Shown here: positions 40,926 through 54,579 of the stretch, in pieces | Layout of the letters: each line of letters starts with the position of its first letter | Position numbering within the stretch: position 1 is the first letter of the stretch | Assembly: GCF_006345805.1 (NCBI RefSeq) | Contig: NC_043007.1 | Location: 49,910,001-49,974,000, forward strand | DNA from: Octopus sinensis | Taxonomy: Eukaryota | Length of the DNA stretch: 64,000 nt | Reading direction: 5' to 3' | Made by a program: the position numbers and the translations under genes | Notes under the pieces: model-generated | What the model was told of the DNA's origin: nothing | Databases searched by the model: none | Seen by the model: only the letters and a program-made list of their open reading frames with translations

Positions 40926-41727
40926 CAGGGTGCGGTAAATAAACTGTCGTCTAAATAACGCAAAAATGAAAATAACTCTGATATATCATTTTAACAGACA
41001 TATTTACCAAAATTGCAAAAAAATATCTTGAGTAAATTTATTCAATAAAACTACCATTGGCTTCAACCACGGCCTCCATTCAATTTCGGAATCTCCTGCA
41101 ACTCTTCTGGACGGTCTCCTTGTTTAAGTTGCTGAATGTTGCCATAACCCTTGGCTTCAGTACAGCTTTGGTATTACTAAGAGTTTTGTTGGTCTCTCGC
41201 TCAACTGCACCCCATACATAGTATTCAAGGGAATTGCAGTCTTGGGAGTTAGGTGACCAGATGTTAGAGGTGATATGGTTGCAAAAATTGTCTGACAGCC
41301 ATGACTAGGTTTTCCTGCATGTGTGGCATGGTGCAGAGTCCAGTAGTCAGACATAGGGTCTTCCAGTAGCCACTCTATCGACCCAGGGCAGCACTACCTC
41401 CTCCAGGCACTTGATGTAGGCCTCCATGTTGAGTCTGAGGCCGTGTGAGAAAGTGAATGGAGGCATAACGTCGCCATCACTAGTGATCACTCCAAATACC
41501 ATGACACTCTGAACTGTCCGTATTGGAGCTTCCGGCGCGAATGCCAAACAGTACAGCATGTCGTTTCCAACTTTCTGGCAGAGTGAATTGGGTAGTGTTG
41601 CCGTTCTTTTCCTCTCAGACGGTGGCCAACTGACCCTACTGTACTGTGTAATTGACAAAATCAAAAACAAACAATGCGCATGCACGAAATTGAAAATATA
41701 AAATGTTGATGATTTACCCATCGCACC

Positions 41728-41730
<3 letters not shown>
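40926..41730 (-). mobile_element. maT (DD37D) internally deleted element with both TIRs and TA target duplication
   Basis: TA-CAGGGTGCG at the left end and CGCACCCTG-TA at the right end. It encodes VMVFGVITSDGDVMPPFTFSHGLRLNMEAYIKCLEEVVLPWVDRVATGRPYV. Confidence 0.9.
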
Positions 41731-41771
<41 letters not shown>

Positions 41772-42519
41772 ATATGTTACATTTACTCAATAGTCAAGAT
41801 AAAACTCTGAGTTTCAGATGCCAAAGTGGAAATCCACAACACCATCTCTTCGGTTATCTGGCCAGCTGAAAAACGCTATGAAAAAATACCGTTATATAAA
41901 GGGAAATTACTGTATTATAATTCTGCTCGCGAACCCACGTGCGTACCTATACGTCACTATGAAAACGTACACATCTTCACTCGCATTTTTCGCCAAATAT
42001 ATACGCATATATATACAAACTCATGCACACACACATGCGTACCGTAAAAGTTCATACATAAGTCTATATACGCACAAGCACAAGAAAAACCATGGTTAAA
42101 GATAACAGAAAAAAACATAAGGAAGTATACAAAGCATAAAAACCACGTTCATATACGGACATGCCCCTATGCACTCATACACACACACACCCATATATGT
42201 ACATACCCGCACATATTTATATACGCATATTTACACACGCATATACAAAAAATGAATATACATATGACCCCCCCCGCCAAAAAAATGGAAAAATACTAAG
42301 TAAAAACGTCTATATATATATGCATTCTTATACCCGCACACACGCACACATCTAAAACTGCCCATTCATACATATTCACACACGTGTACAAATGAATCTA
42401 TATACATGTCTGTATAGGCACAGGAAAAAATGCAGGCTAGAAAAGTACAGAAAAAATTATTATGTGTGAAAATATAAAAATATATGAAATAATAAAAGGT
42501 ATAATGAGATAAAAACCTT

Positions 42520-43345
42520 TTTGGGACATAATATAGAAAGCAAGATATATCTGTTTTCTTTAGGGGACCAAAAACGTAACAAAAATTTAGTCATATGTGG
42601 GCATGATCCGAAAAGTTCTGTCCTTGAGTTTAGACATGTAGTAGGGTCTAAGCTGCTTTTCCAGATAAGCCATCTCTCCATGTCGCATAGACCGCACCTA
42701 CCGCTGCCGTTGGTATAGGGCTTACATTTGGCCAAAATCTTCCAATGGATGTTATAATCGACACCTTTATCTTTTAAAGACCAAATATGATTAGATAATT
42801 TTGTCGCTTTTCTTTTGTTCCAGTGCCTAAAACTCAAGGTGTGGTTATTGAACCTGGCCTTGAAATTACCCTCTGTAAGGCCCACGTATTTCTTCGTCGA
42901 AACGGTGTCTTTAGTGGTTATAGAGTCCACGGTAGCTTCATAGAAGATGGTCTCGGACATGCAAGCTCCATTTAGCGGGCACAATTTTTTATTCCTGCAT
43001 GAACAGCTGTTTTCTAGTTGTGGTTTTTGTATGGTATGTGTGATTATATTTTTAAAATTGGTAGTAGAACTAAAACTAATTTTTAAATTGTGTTTATTGA
43101 AGAGTTTCCTATAAGTATGGTTAACTGGAAAATGCCTATCTATCAGTGTTAAGAAATATTTACCTATATTGAAGGTCACCTCGGGTGAGTAAGGGGGTGT
43201 AAACCAGATGATCTTCCTATTTCTATTTTCCTCTTCTTTACTGTTGGGCTAGTAACAGGTGTATATTTGATTTTTTCGCTAAAACCACTATCTTTTAAAG
43301 CCTTATTATAAGCTGGGGCAACGCTATTAAAAATGTCCTTATCGG
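42520..43345 (-). pseudogene. Penelope-like element (Naiad-type), 5'-truncated thumb end plus GIY-YIG; one frameshift then a long open frame
   Basis: RKIIWFTPPYSPEVTFNIGKYFLTLIDRHFP, SCSCRNKKLCPLNGAC, KYVGLTEGNFKARFNNH, RCGLCDMER and LNSRTELFGSCPH. Confidence 0.92.
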
Positions 43346-43943
43346 ACATACATGCGCACACACACACACGTACACACACACATACACATACACACATGCA
43401 CACACACACGCACACACAGTCACACACATGCACACATATAGACGCATGCACACACTACATACAACACACACACAAAACATTTGTACAAATTTTCGGATTT
43501 TAAAAGTAGGCATTTTTATTGCCGACGAAGGGCTGCGTCTGCGCAGTAGATTTTGAAAAAATTAGGATGTATAAACATGAGGAACATAGTTGACTGCCTC
43601 GTGTTTTATATATTTAATCTAAGGTGTACCTGTTGAAAAAGCTTTCACCTAGCGAATATTATGTTTGCTTAACTAAAATCAGAAACCAATTGGTCCAGGA
43701 CAGTAGAGGGTAAATTTTAAAAATTTTTTTCATTTTGTTCCTGTCGAATTTTGTCCCTAATTTTGTGGTTATAGAACCTAGCTGTTCTTTCTAGCGTGTT
43801 GAATCCCACGAGTGGATTCCTTATGTGTTTAAATGTACACTGTGTTTTAATGAGTAATAAATACATAGTCTTTTGACTAATTTTTTACACGCTAGGCCAC
43901 TGGAAGTGAAAATTTCTATTAATTTCCATTTCCCTTTGATATG

Positions 43944-43992
<49 letters not shown>

Positions 43993-44059
43993 TATATATA
44001 CATGCATGTATATATATATGTATATATTTGTGCGTGCATGTATATATCTGTATATATAT

Positions 44060-44118
<59 letters not shown>

Positions 44119-44174
44119 ATGTGTGTGTGTGTGTGTGTGTGACTGTGTGTGTCTGTGCCCGTCGTCCTTCACTA

Positions 44175-44353
44175 ATTGACAAATAGTATTGGTGTTTACG
44201 TTCCCGTAATTTAGTGGTTCCTTAAAAGACCGATGGAATAAGCACCATCCTTTAATGGAAAAAGATACAGGGATCGATTGATTCGCCTAAAATCCTTCAA
44301 GGCGATGCTGCAGTATGACCGCAGCCTCACTCAAATGACTGAAACAAGTAAAA
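44175..44353 (+). mobile_element. CORE-type SINE, 3' half
   Basis: GTGTTTACGTTCCCGTAATTTAG...AATGACTGAAACAAGTAAAAG. Confidence 0.7.
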
Positions 44354-44477
44354 GGTGAAAGAAGACACACACACGCAAAGACACACACATACACACACAC
44401 ACACATGTATATGCATGTATGTGATGGACTCTCCCGTCGATGACAACGTATGAGCTTTTAGCGAGAAGACAAAGATA

Positions 44478-44575
44478 ACCAGCCAAGTTTTGCATCACTT
44501 GTTACTGTACAACCCAAATATATGAAAGTTTCAACTGCTTTCAGAGCTTTACCTTCAACGAAAACGCCGGATAAG
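44478..44575 (-). pseudogene. RTE/BovB-like RT fragment
   Basis: EGKALKAVETFIYLGCTVTSDAKL (FxYLG motif). Confidence 0.5.
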
Positions 44576-44737
44576 ATTTCTAGATTGTTACCAGGACTTA
44601 GCTAATACGACAGTTCACTCATTTTTATCTTGTTAGTTGTGTCAAAATAGCTGGCTGCCGATGCAAATCTATCAGTGTATGAGTAACTAGGGCACAATCA
44701 TCTGCAAACAGTGAGTCTCTTATTGTTTGAGATACAA

Positions 44738-44790
<53 letters not shown>

Positions 44791-45036
44791 TATACTTGTA
44801 ATATAAGGATATAATTTTATTAAATTTTTTTATCTGTGGCCAGCAGAAAAAAGCACCTGTTAAGGTGAAAATTATCCCATTATAAACAGCCAATATGCTG
44901 AAAATAGACGCTAAAAATATACGCTGAAAAATAGACGCTAAATCATCTAACCACTTAAAATATATCCACTTATATCATTACACCAAATGCTGAAACGAGG
45001 GAAGCAAGCTAACAGAAATTCATAAAAATATAATTA

Positions 45037-45098
45037 TCTCCGAATCGGTTCCGATTTCTAGATTAATCTAAATAAGATTCTCCCTTCATCAGCGAGGG
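45037..45098 (-). ncRNA. Degenerate hammerhead-like motif
   Basis: CCCUCG-CUGAUGA-A-GGGAGAAUCU...AGAUUAAUCUA-GAAA-UCGGAACCGAU-U-CGGAG. Core and palindromic stem III are present; the base of stem II is imperfect. Confidence 0.45.
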
Positions 45099-45349
45099 AT
45101 TTGTGCTTGTTATGTTTGCTGTTGTTGTTGTAGTTGCGTGTGTAGGACAGCTTGTGTTTCAGGTGTTCGAGTGGTGGTGTCTATGCAGTGTTTATTTTGG
45201 GTGTATATGTTTTTGTCGCTTTGATTTTTTTCTTTCTACAGCATGTGTGGATGTGGATTGTTGTTTTTCCATGTGCTTTTCCGCTTTGCTTTTTGTTTTG
45301 CTTTCAACTTCTACTCCTCGTCGCATTCATACTCTCCACCTGTGATGTC

Positions 45350-46390
45350 TACCCGCTTCTCATCGGGATGTGCAACATCTTCGGGTGCTGAGAAGAGTTT
45401 GGTAAATTTGGTGCCGGTATGGTTGTTGGTGTTGGTGGTACCACGACTGAAACTTCTGCTGCTGATGGTGCTGTTGCTTTTGTCGCTAGAGTTCTGCTGG
45501 CCGTTGTTGGTATAGGGAGGAGAAGTGTTCGTCTCTCTTTTTCCTTCAGTCTAGGGCAGGAGACTTTTAAATGATTAGTTGAAAAGTAGCTGTGGCACTT
45601 TGCTTTCCTTCCAGCTACCCTGAATGGAAGCATGCTACCTCTAGGAAGAAGGGTCCGGTCCAGGATGAGATCCACATTGCTTTGAGTCGTTTGTAAGAGA
45701 AGTTTTATGGTCATCTGGCAGCACTTGTTGAATTATGATTTTGGCCAGTCTCTGACGCAGCAGAAAGGAACTAACAACACCTCCTCGCTTTTGAGGGCAT
45801 TCAGAGAACAATGTTTAGCTTCTTCCTCGGTGCGAAATGGAATGTGTACCATTCCATAGGCCCTTACTCTCTGTATATATTCCTTTAGATTCCACACAGA
45901 ACCTAAAGCTTTTTTGTATTTGAGCATCTGTGGCTCTTTCCACTCTTCTTGATTTTCAATGGAATGTACGGTACGTCTCTGTGCGGCGTATCATATCCCG
46001 GTTTGTCTCAAGTAGGAAGTGGAGTATATAACTTTACATTTGTTCCGTCTCTCTCTAGCATTTTAAACTTCCTCTTCAGAGGATTGTATTTATCTGAAGA
46101 GATGACTTGGCTGCTCCGGCTTAAGAAAGTTTAGAAGAGCTAATCCAAGCTGTTGCACCGGTTTGTGTCTTAGCTCCTTCATAGTTTTTGTCAGTGTTGT
46201 TGCTATTTTTGTTGTTGTTGCTGTTGTTGCTGCTGCTGCTGTTGTTGCTGTTGTCTTTGTTATTGATTCTGTTGTTGACGCTCGTGCTGCTGATGTTGTT
46301 CTTGCTGTTGTTGTTACTTGTACTCAACTCTTCCGTTGCTTCGCTCACGAAAGGGCTCTCATTGTTTATATTTTCGAAATTGCTGCTTTT
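45350..46390 (-). pseudogene. gag/ORF1-like protein (Tx1/L1-type RRM-like region plus CCHC knuckle), decayed
   Basis: Low-complexity N-terminus, YGMVHIPFRTEEEAKHC, then LPFRVAGRKAKCHSYFSTNHLKVSCP (C-x2-[Y for C]-x4-H-x4-C). Confidence 0.6.
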
Positions 46391-46795
46391 ATTTCGAACA
46401 ATGAGATCCTTCTCGTAAAAATGGGCTCTGTTGGCCTTTTTGTCCTATTTTTCGCCAAAAATACAGCTTTCGTCTGTTCTTTTTTCAGCCCGAAATCGCT
46501 TCGTACACTCGCACTCTCATTCATTGACATTTGGTGACGCTCCTCACTGTCTCACGCATTCTCACATATGAGCGTTACCGTATGTTGCTGTTGTTTTCTC
46601 CATGTTGGTGGGGAAAACACAAACAACTATGATTAAAAATTCAAAATCAATTGACCTGTCCCCCCTAACTGGGGGAAAAAACAGGAAAATAAACTCGCCA
46701 CTCGACAGCAAATAACTTGTTGTCCACGATGGTGGAGGGTGCAAATACATTATTTTTGTCAAGTGAGGTCAAGCGAGGCTTACCAGGCTGACGGC

Positions 46796-46870
<75 letters not shown>

Positions 46871-47273
46871 AAGAAGAAGAAGAATTGATAAGCAAATATG
46901 TTGTGTTTAATCAAACAAACAATGTTAGAATGGTGAAGAAATCACGAAGCAACAAACATGACGGAGAAGTTCAGTGCCGTTGATGTAGTCGTATTAGAGA
47001 AGCCATTTTAGGTGTTAACAGTAAAGTGACAACATGGAGACACTAATGATCTTGGAGTGAATTGTCGTGAGAATATTATACACACACATTTATTCATACG
47101 CGAGCATATACGCAAATAAGTGGAAAGAGAAAGAGAAACGGGCGGGGAATATATGATGGTAGGTATGAAAGAGAGCGAGGGGGAGAAAAAGAGGAGAGGG
47201 TTTGGACACACACTCACACAAATACACACACAATGAAAAGAGAGTGTTTGGAGACTAGGAGGTCAGTAGAGTG

Positions 47274-47312
<39 letters not shown>

Positions 47313-48040
47313 TGGGAGAAAGAATGAATTCTACTAGACAAGGAAATTGGAGGGGAGGACGGGAGAACAAACGAGAATCTAAGGAAATAAATGAATCTCC
47401 GTCGATTTGTACGATGATTATTCAGTTGTTGACGTGATGGCTCAGATGAGATGGTAAGGGTAGAGGTGATTGTAATGATGATGTTGACGGTGTTGGTGTG
47501 TAGTAGCAGTAGTCACCATGAATATGATCATAGTAGCTGTGGTAGCATTATATTGATGTGGCTGTAATTATATTGATGAAGATGGTTGCGTTAGTGCTGT
47601 TGGTGGCGGTAATAGTGGTTGTGAAGACGCTAGTGGAGAAAATAATAATGATGACACAGACGAGTGTGGTGATGGTGTTGTTAATAGTACTGATTAGGAT
47701 AGCAAAGTGGCGGTGGCGGCGATGGTAGCGATGGTAGCGATGGTGGTGGAGGTGGTAGTGGTGGTTGTGGTAGTGGAGGTGATGCGTGTGTAGTGAGATC
47801 TGTGATTGTGTGTACGTGTGTTAGTGGTGTGCGTGTGTGTTTGTGCGTGCGTGCGTGTGTGTTCGTCTGTGTGTGTGTGCGTGCGTGTGTGTTTTTCTGT
47901 GTGTGTGCGTGCGTGTGTTTGCGCGGGCGCCCGGCTGTTTCTGCATTGGTAGTGTGTACGTGTATGTCTGTTAGAGAGGTCGGTAACACGGTAAATGAGA
48001 GAAAGCTGGGAATATAGCAACAAAATGCAAATCGGGACTA

Positions 48041-48091
48041 CCGGAAGTGATCTCAACTAAGATGGCAGCCACGACACAGACTAAGGTTTGA
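48041..48091 (+). promoter_or_regulatory. Candidate housekeeping-type promoter and first coding mini-exon (MAATTQTK)
   Basis: ETS motif CCGGAAGTG (48041-49), YY1-like AAGATGGCAGCC overlapping ATG 48062, then AAG|GTTTGA as a possible donor. No downstream exon was confirmed. Confidence 0.3.
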
Positions 48092-49322
48092 AGAGGGAAA
48101 TTTCAATTAAAAAGAAACTTGTGTCCACCATTCTGTCCATCAGCATCTGACTGTTTGGTAGATTTGGTTCGGGATTCACACCGCCTTTAATTGTGCGCAT
48201 ATGTGTGCACATGTGTAGTGTCCGCGCATGAGTGCTCTATGTCTCACTCTCTTTTATTGTGATTGAGTATCTGCATGTGTATGTGTGTGTATATGTGGTT
48301 GAATGTGTATACGTATACATGTGTTTGTGCGGAGGTTTATGTGTATGTTAATATGTATGTGAGGTGAGTGTTTTATATTTAATATATATATATATGTTCG
48401 TTCGTATGTGGATGCTTGTTTATGAGCAAGTATGTTTGTGTGCGCATATGATTGTGTGTGCATGTGTGTGGGTGAGTACTTTCTTTGTCACAAACTGTGT
48501 TTGTCCTTCGTGTTTACATATGAGTGTTTTGTATGCCTTAGTCTCAGTTTATATGTGTATGTGTCAGTGTCTTCGCGTGTGAGTGTATGTTTGCCTCTGA
48601 ATGTATGTATGTGTGAGTACTTGCATCTTAAATTATGTTTATATGTGTGTGTATGTCTGTGTCCTATCTGTGTCACTCTGTGTTTTCTGTATATATGTAT
48701 GTGTATTAGTGCCTGTGCATGCTTGTGTGTATGAATGTGTTTGTATGCGTGTGTGCATGAGAGTGCTTTTCGTCTAAGTATATATTAATGTTTATGGGTT
48801 CTCTATTTAAGCATTATTACTGATCCACATTATTTGCCAGAGAAACATTTTAAAAAGTGATATTAACATAAAATATATAAAAAGTTCATATTTACACGTT
48901 TATCTCTGATTGGTCTCAGAAGTAAATCTATAACCTGAAACAAGAGAATGTACATACTAAATACATTATAAAATAATAAAATTACGTAATATAATATAAG
49001 TGAAATATATAATATGAATTATTGTAATGTAATGTACTGTAAATATAATGTAAAATAATATATAAAATGTTATAATATAATATGTTATATATGATATAAT
49101 ATATTATAATATAATAAAATGTAATATAATAAAATGTTTTGTAATATTATATATTGTAGTATAATATAAGTTGAGAGTTACCCTCTCATATGAAGCTTAA
49201 CGCTAGAAGTATACATTTGCAGTGAAACACCAGAAAATATGGCACACATACAATAATTTCAATTCAGTTTACTTGTACAAAATGATAAAAGAAATAGTAA
49301 ATTTCAAAAACAAATAAAACAA

Positions 49323-49370
<48 letters not shown>

Positions 49371-50111
49371 TCAAAATAAAATAAAATAAAACAAATTTCT
49401 CATTTGTATAATACCTGCCATAACTACTGTCATTTACTCTCTGTCCGCCTTCTTTGCTTCCTCTATTTCTATATTTCTTCCTCTATCATTGCGTGCGCAG
49501 AGTTCTTTTACTCAAAGCTTGCCACCAAGCCTAGTATGTGCACTCATCTTCCACATCTCATGCTAACTCAGTATTTCCCCTTTACTCTCTCACACCCTCT
49601 TCCTGCACGAAATAAAACGCGACAGGAGAAATCACTCAATCAACCAATGAAAATTTATGTTAGCTATTATATAATTTGATATAACATAATATAATATATT
49701 CACGCGAAACAACCTTAGATTAAAATACCGGTGTGTTTAATAGTATAGTGTGTATACAACCATAGCAGTGTAACATTTTGACTCAAAGAAACATATATAC
49801 GTACACAATATAAATGCTATATTCATTATTATCAAAATATAAAGCAACATGATACAGTGTTGTGTACTGTAATGTAATAATATTTTCATTGTAATTCCTA
49901 CGTCAGAGATAATACACAGAGTTGATATACAATTAATTAGTTATCATGTGACCTGAAATTTCTACATAATTTCATGGTGGTTGTTCGATAGAATACCCGA
50001 GCAGCAACGGGTATCTCTGGTATTATAATATAAAATAAAATGATATAATATATAAAATATAATATAATATATATAATATATATATATATATAATATAATA
50101 TAATAAAATTA

Positions 50112-50270
50112 ATTGCGTCAATGGAATTGCGGAAGATGTACTTCCGGTAGATGCTATATAGTAATGATGCCAGGCTATCACCCTATAAAACACCTGAAGT
50201 GATGTCGTCAAAATCAATGTTTCTGGCAGGTGGTCATATTTGAGTGTTTGTGCTCTTGTAGTTCTTGTAG
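50112..50270 (-). pseudogene. LINE RT fragment (RTE-like)
   Basis: NIDFDDITSGVL*GDSLASLLYSIYRKYIFRNSID (GVxQGDxLAP-type motif). Confidence 0.6.
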
Positions 50271-50305
50271 AGCACCCCTCCTCCCCCTCCCCTCCTCCTC
50301 CCCTA

Positions 50306-50393
<88 letters not shown>

Positions 50394-50419
50394 AACGTCG
50401 TCGTTGAACGACCAACTCA

Positions 50420-50541
50420 AAGCAGCCGGCAACAAGGTGATATGAAGTGTTTTGCTCAAGTACACAACGCACAGTCTGTCTAGGAATCGAAACCACAATT
50501 TTGCAATTGTAAGTTCAACACCCTAACCAGAGACTACGCGC
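50420..50541 (-). mobile_element. tRNA-derived SINE head, family of 8184-8428
   Basis: GGCGCGTAGTCTCTGGTTAGGGTG...GGTTTCGATTCC...TTGAGCAAAACACTT. Confidence 0.6.
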
Positions 50542-50955
50542 CTTCACTACTACTACTACTACTAGAGATATATTGTAAGAAGAATTAACACATTTTGCCA
50601 AGAATTGAAACAATCTGGAGATTCTAAAAACAATAAAGGTTGCTTTCAGATTTTTGCCCTCACACTCATAGAAGCATCTGATTTTTAAACTATATCCTAT
50701 ATTTTTAGTAGTGTGTAGTGGTAACTACGAATGGCAATATCCATGCTTCGTTGGAAGCCCTTGGGTTTTAGAGTAACCAAGCTTCTCAGCAATGAACGAA
50801 TCTCCTATAATCAAGAAATTTCTATATTCTCTCCAACATCGTAGGGTGTCTCATGATAAACATTCTCAGTCCTAAGCCAATAAATTCTCAGCAAGTTGTT
50901 GATAGATATTACTATATATAATCATGCTTATGTATACATCTATGTGTTTGTATAC

Positions 50956-50996
<41 letters not shown>

Positions 50997-52044
50997 TACA
51001 CACACGAACACACAAACACACACATATCCATATACTTACATGCACAAATATATATACAGAGATATATGCACATATATATTGCACAGATATACACACGCGC
51101 ATATACATCAGTATGTGTGCGCGTGTGTGTGTGTGTGTGCGTGTGTATGTATGTATATATGTATGTGTATATGTATGAATGTATATATGTGTGTAAATGC
51201 ATGTATGTATTTGTGTCTAGGTATATAGTTCCAAATATATTGTCGTATAGACGAGGGTGTCTTTATATATATGTCTGTATGCATGCATGCCTGTATGAAT
51301 ATGACTGCGACAAATGACGTTCATAAGGAGACAGTAGTCGTGGGTATGGGATGCTAGTTGAGTCCCAGGAGTGTACTGGAGTCTAAATTCAACCCACTCC
51401 ACAGTAAATGAGTGCAGCAGACGTCTTATGTCACGCCTCATTGATTGCAAACATTTACAAGGTAACCTAATTAATGAACGATTTCTCTCTCAGCCTCTCA
51501 TTTTGTTCCTCTAAACTATATATACACTCTCATTCTCCCTCAGTCTGTCTATCTGTTTGTCTATCTATCTGTGTGTAATTCTGGCTGTCTCTTTCGCTCT
51601 CTGTCTCTGTCTCCCTCTCCCTCTCTTTCCTTACATATATAATCACTATTGCAGTTGATTTACACATTCACAGTCAGTTTGCAAATACAACACTCCGCGG
51701 TATTTCAACCAGAAAAGAAACTCTGCAACATTAACTACAGCGTTTGTATATCGCAATAACTACAACACACGTACACACACACACGCACATACACACACAC
51801 ACGCACACACACTCTGTCTCACACACACAAACACGATCTCATACACTCACTGTCTCACACACACAAACACGCTCTCATACACACACACAGTAGCAACAGC
51901 AGCAGCAGCAGCAGCAGCAGCAAAAACAACAACAACTCTACAAGCGTTTCAGTATAAACTCATGCGATTGTACTCCTTCTTCAACTTCTGTTTATTATTA
52001 TTACCATTTCTATTAGTGAGAATTCTCAGTTCTGTGAGACGGGT

Positions 52045-52345
52045 GTATTAATGCTGCTGAGACATGACGCCACCAAAAGGAACATTATATATAACTTCCG
52101 GTCCACAACCCTGTAAAATGCAGAGGTTAAATGTTGGCCAAAGTATTAGCAAACTGGTTGAGGCATGTTGAAGGTGGTTTGATCAGAGAAGTACAAACGA
52201 GTGCGATTCCCAATAGACCCAGTTACGAAAACCTCCACCTCATGCGATACATCAGATAGATAATGAGTAACAAATCTGGATTTGGCGCTGCTGGGGTCTG
52301 GATCAATCTGGAATAGTCGAAAGCCTTCGATAGAGTTGACCAACG
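52045..52345 (+). pseudogene. L1/Tx1-clade RT fragment
   Basis: NFRSTTL*NAEVKCLAKVLANWL...QTSAIPNR..ENLHLMRYI...SKAFDRVD. Confidence 0.8.
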
Positions 52346-53244
52346 CAATAAGTGCGTTGATTAAATACATTTTATTTGTTTTTTTATGACTCTTGAAACC
52401 CTGGGTGCAAATCCTGCACTGGAAAAGTTATATTTTATCGTCCTCTGCGATCAATAAAAATAGGATCCATTCATGTATGATACAGACAAGAGCAGCGGTG
52501 AAGATGTTCCTTTTGTAAGTACCAGAACCGCGTTCGATCACACTCCTTGAACAGGTGACATCTATGATCCCCTTGAATTGTTCCAATGTTTGTCAGTATC
52601 CGAAAACTGTAGAATCCCGTGGGATTGAGTGTACCTGCTATTCAAATAACCAACTTATCATACATACTGATTATACTTTCTTATTATGTTAGAGTTACAA
52701 GTAGCTAAAATATTCAGCCAATTTGCACTATTATTCAATAAGTAGGTAGTTCAGTACTCGAACTACTGGAATGTATTCATCGGTGATATCAATGGGGGAT
52801 CCATATAATTATATTTTTTAATTCTTCAGTAGCTAAGTCAACGTAATTTCGTCATTTCTCAAAATTATTGCTACAAACAGGTAATCGCTATTGCGGTGTC
52901 AGTTACTTTAACCATACTATTGTCAGTTTTGTTAGGGAAAATGTCTGATCCTGAGTGGACGCCAATGGCGATCTCTGTCTACCGTTCACTGTAGTCACAT
53001 CATTTCTCTCACCATCTCTCACCACGACCATTACTACACTTCCATCTACTGCGCTACCACCGACACTATCACCATCAACACCACCACCACCACCACCATT
53101 ACCATCACTACCACTACTAATATCAAACAACGATAAGGTGATTGAGTTTACAAAAACCTGTGATGATATAGATCAAATAAATCTGGACTAATCATGCATG
53201 CGAGAAAATTCTTCTATTTAGCAAGGGCCGAGCATGAGTTAAAA

Positions 53245-53900
53245 CATCAGATACAGACGAATCGTTTGATGCATTGATGAGATTGTGTAACAGTGCAGAC
53301 ATTTGTGATCTTGTGGAGCTCTTTATATTGAAATCCAAGTTCCTATCCCATGGTGTTGATCTGTATCGAGACGATGGGTTGGGAATATCTCATGGTCATA
53401 ATCTTGATAAATTTAGGAAAAGATTCATTGTTATATTTAGCAAATTAGGCCGCTTTAGATAAGCATTTCCCAATAAATCACAAATACAAGAAGAGTTTAA
53501 GTAATTGCTGCCCCACTATGAAGAACATTACAAGTTGTAAAAATCACCAAGAGTTCACTCCTAGTTGTAACAGTCGAAATCATGAAGTTTTCCCACTTAA
53601 GTAGGCGTGTGATAAACTCCTTCATATGCGAGGCAAAAATTACAGCAACGCTTCAAGATAACTTAATTAAAAAGAATTAAATCTGGTTATATGAAAGCGA
53701 TTTTAGAAAAAAAAACGTTATGCAAACCACCTATCTTCTTTCCACACCAAATACAATCGAATGGAGAATAGTGCAGAAATCCATGTCAATAGATCTAAGA
53801 AATGCAACTAAGAAATGCGTTGCAGAAAGATCTCATGTTCTTCTTAGATCCAAGAAATCAAACATTGCTTAATTCCAGATTCTTTTATCGAACTAGAGGA
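53245..53900 (+). pseudogene. Highly decayed Naiad-type PLE (RT core and GIY-YIG remnants)
   Basis: FDALM...ADICDLVELFIL...DLYRDDGLG...DKFRKRFIVIFSKLG, SCNSRNHEVFPLK*AC and IEWRIVQK. Confidence 0.65.
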
Positions 53901-54319
53901 GACTAATTCAGATCGAGTTGCTGTTTCGCAAACATTGACATATTTTATGTTATCTTATTCTATATCAGCTGCATTAACTGAGGTTTCTGTAATCAGGGAC
54001 GACGGGGATCTTGCTTTCCTTGCATTAGTTTCTTTTTTCTCGTTCCATTTTTTGCATCAATCTTCTCATTTTTCATATTTTCTCACAGTTAGCGTCCTAG
54101 ATTTTATAACAGATATAATATTAACAGCGTCAAAATATTGCTTGGAGATACATGGCGTTATTTTATAAATATCACTATTCTAAGTATCATAAAAGCATGA
54201 AACTATTAGTAGCTCTGTCAGTATGTGTATTAAAGGTACACACATACACACACACACACACCACACACACACACACACATCAATTCGTTTTGCAAGATGT
54301 GAAATCAGGTATGTTGCAG

Positions 54320-54556
54320 GTATCAGCGAGCTGGCAGAAACGTTAGCACGCCGGACGAAACGCTCTACGGTATTGCATCTGCCGCTACGTTCTGAGTTCA
54401 AATTCCGCCGAGGTCGACTTTACCTTTCATCCTTTCGGGGTCGATTAAATAAGTACGAGTTACGCACTGGGGTCGATATAAACGACTTAATCCGTTTGTC
54501 TGTCCTTGTTTGTCCCCTCTGTAAGTAGCCCCTTGTGGGCAGTAAAGAAATAAGAT
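54320..54556 (+). mobile_element. tRNA-derived SINE with Nin/Deu-like central block
   Basis: GAGCTGGCAGAAACGTTAGCACG...GAGTTCAAATTCC, CCTTTCATCCTTTCGGGGTCGATTAAATAAGTAC. Decayed relatives lie at 38417-38710 and 5845-5945. The domain name is an inference. Confidence 0.75.
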
Positions 54557-54579
54557 GTGAAATCGTGTGTCAAAACAGA

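Noticed and set aside
43521-43562. CCGACGA...hairpin...GAAA
   Set aside because: Core mutated, stem II not adjacent to GAAA, no stem I or III.
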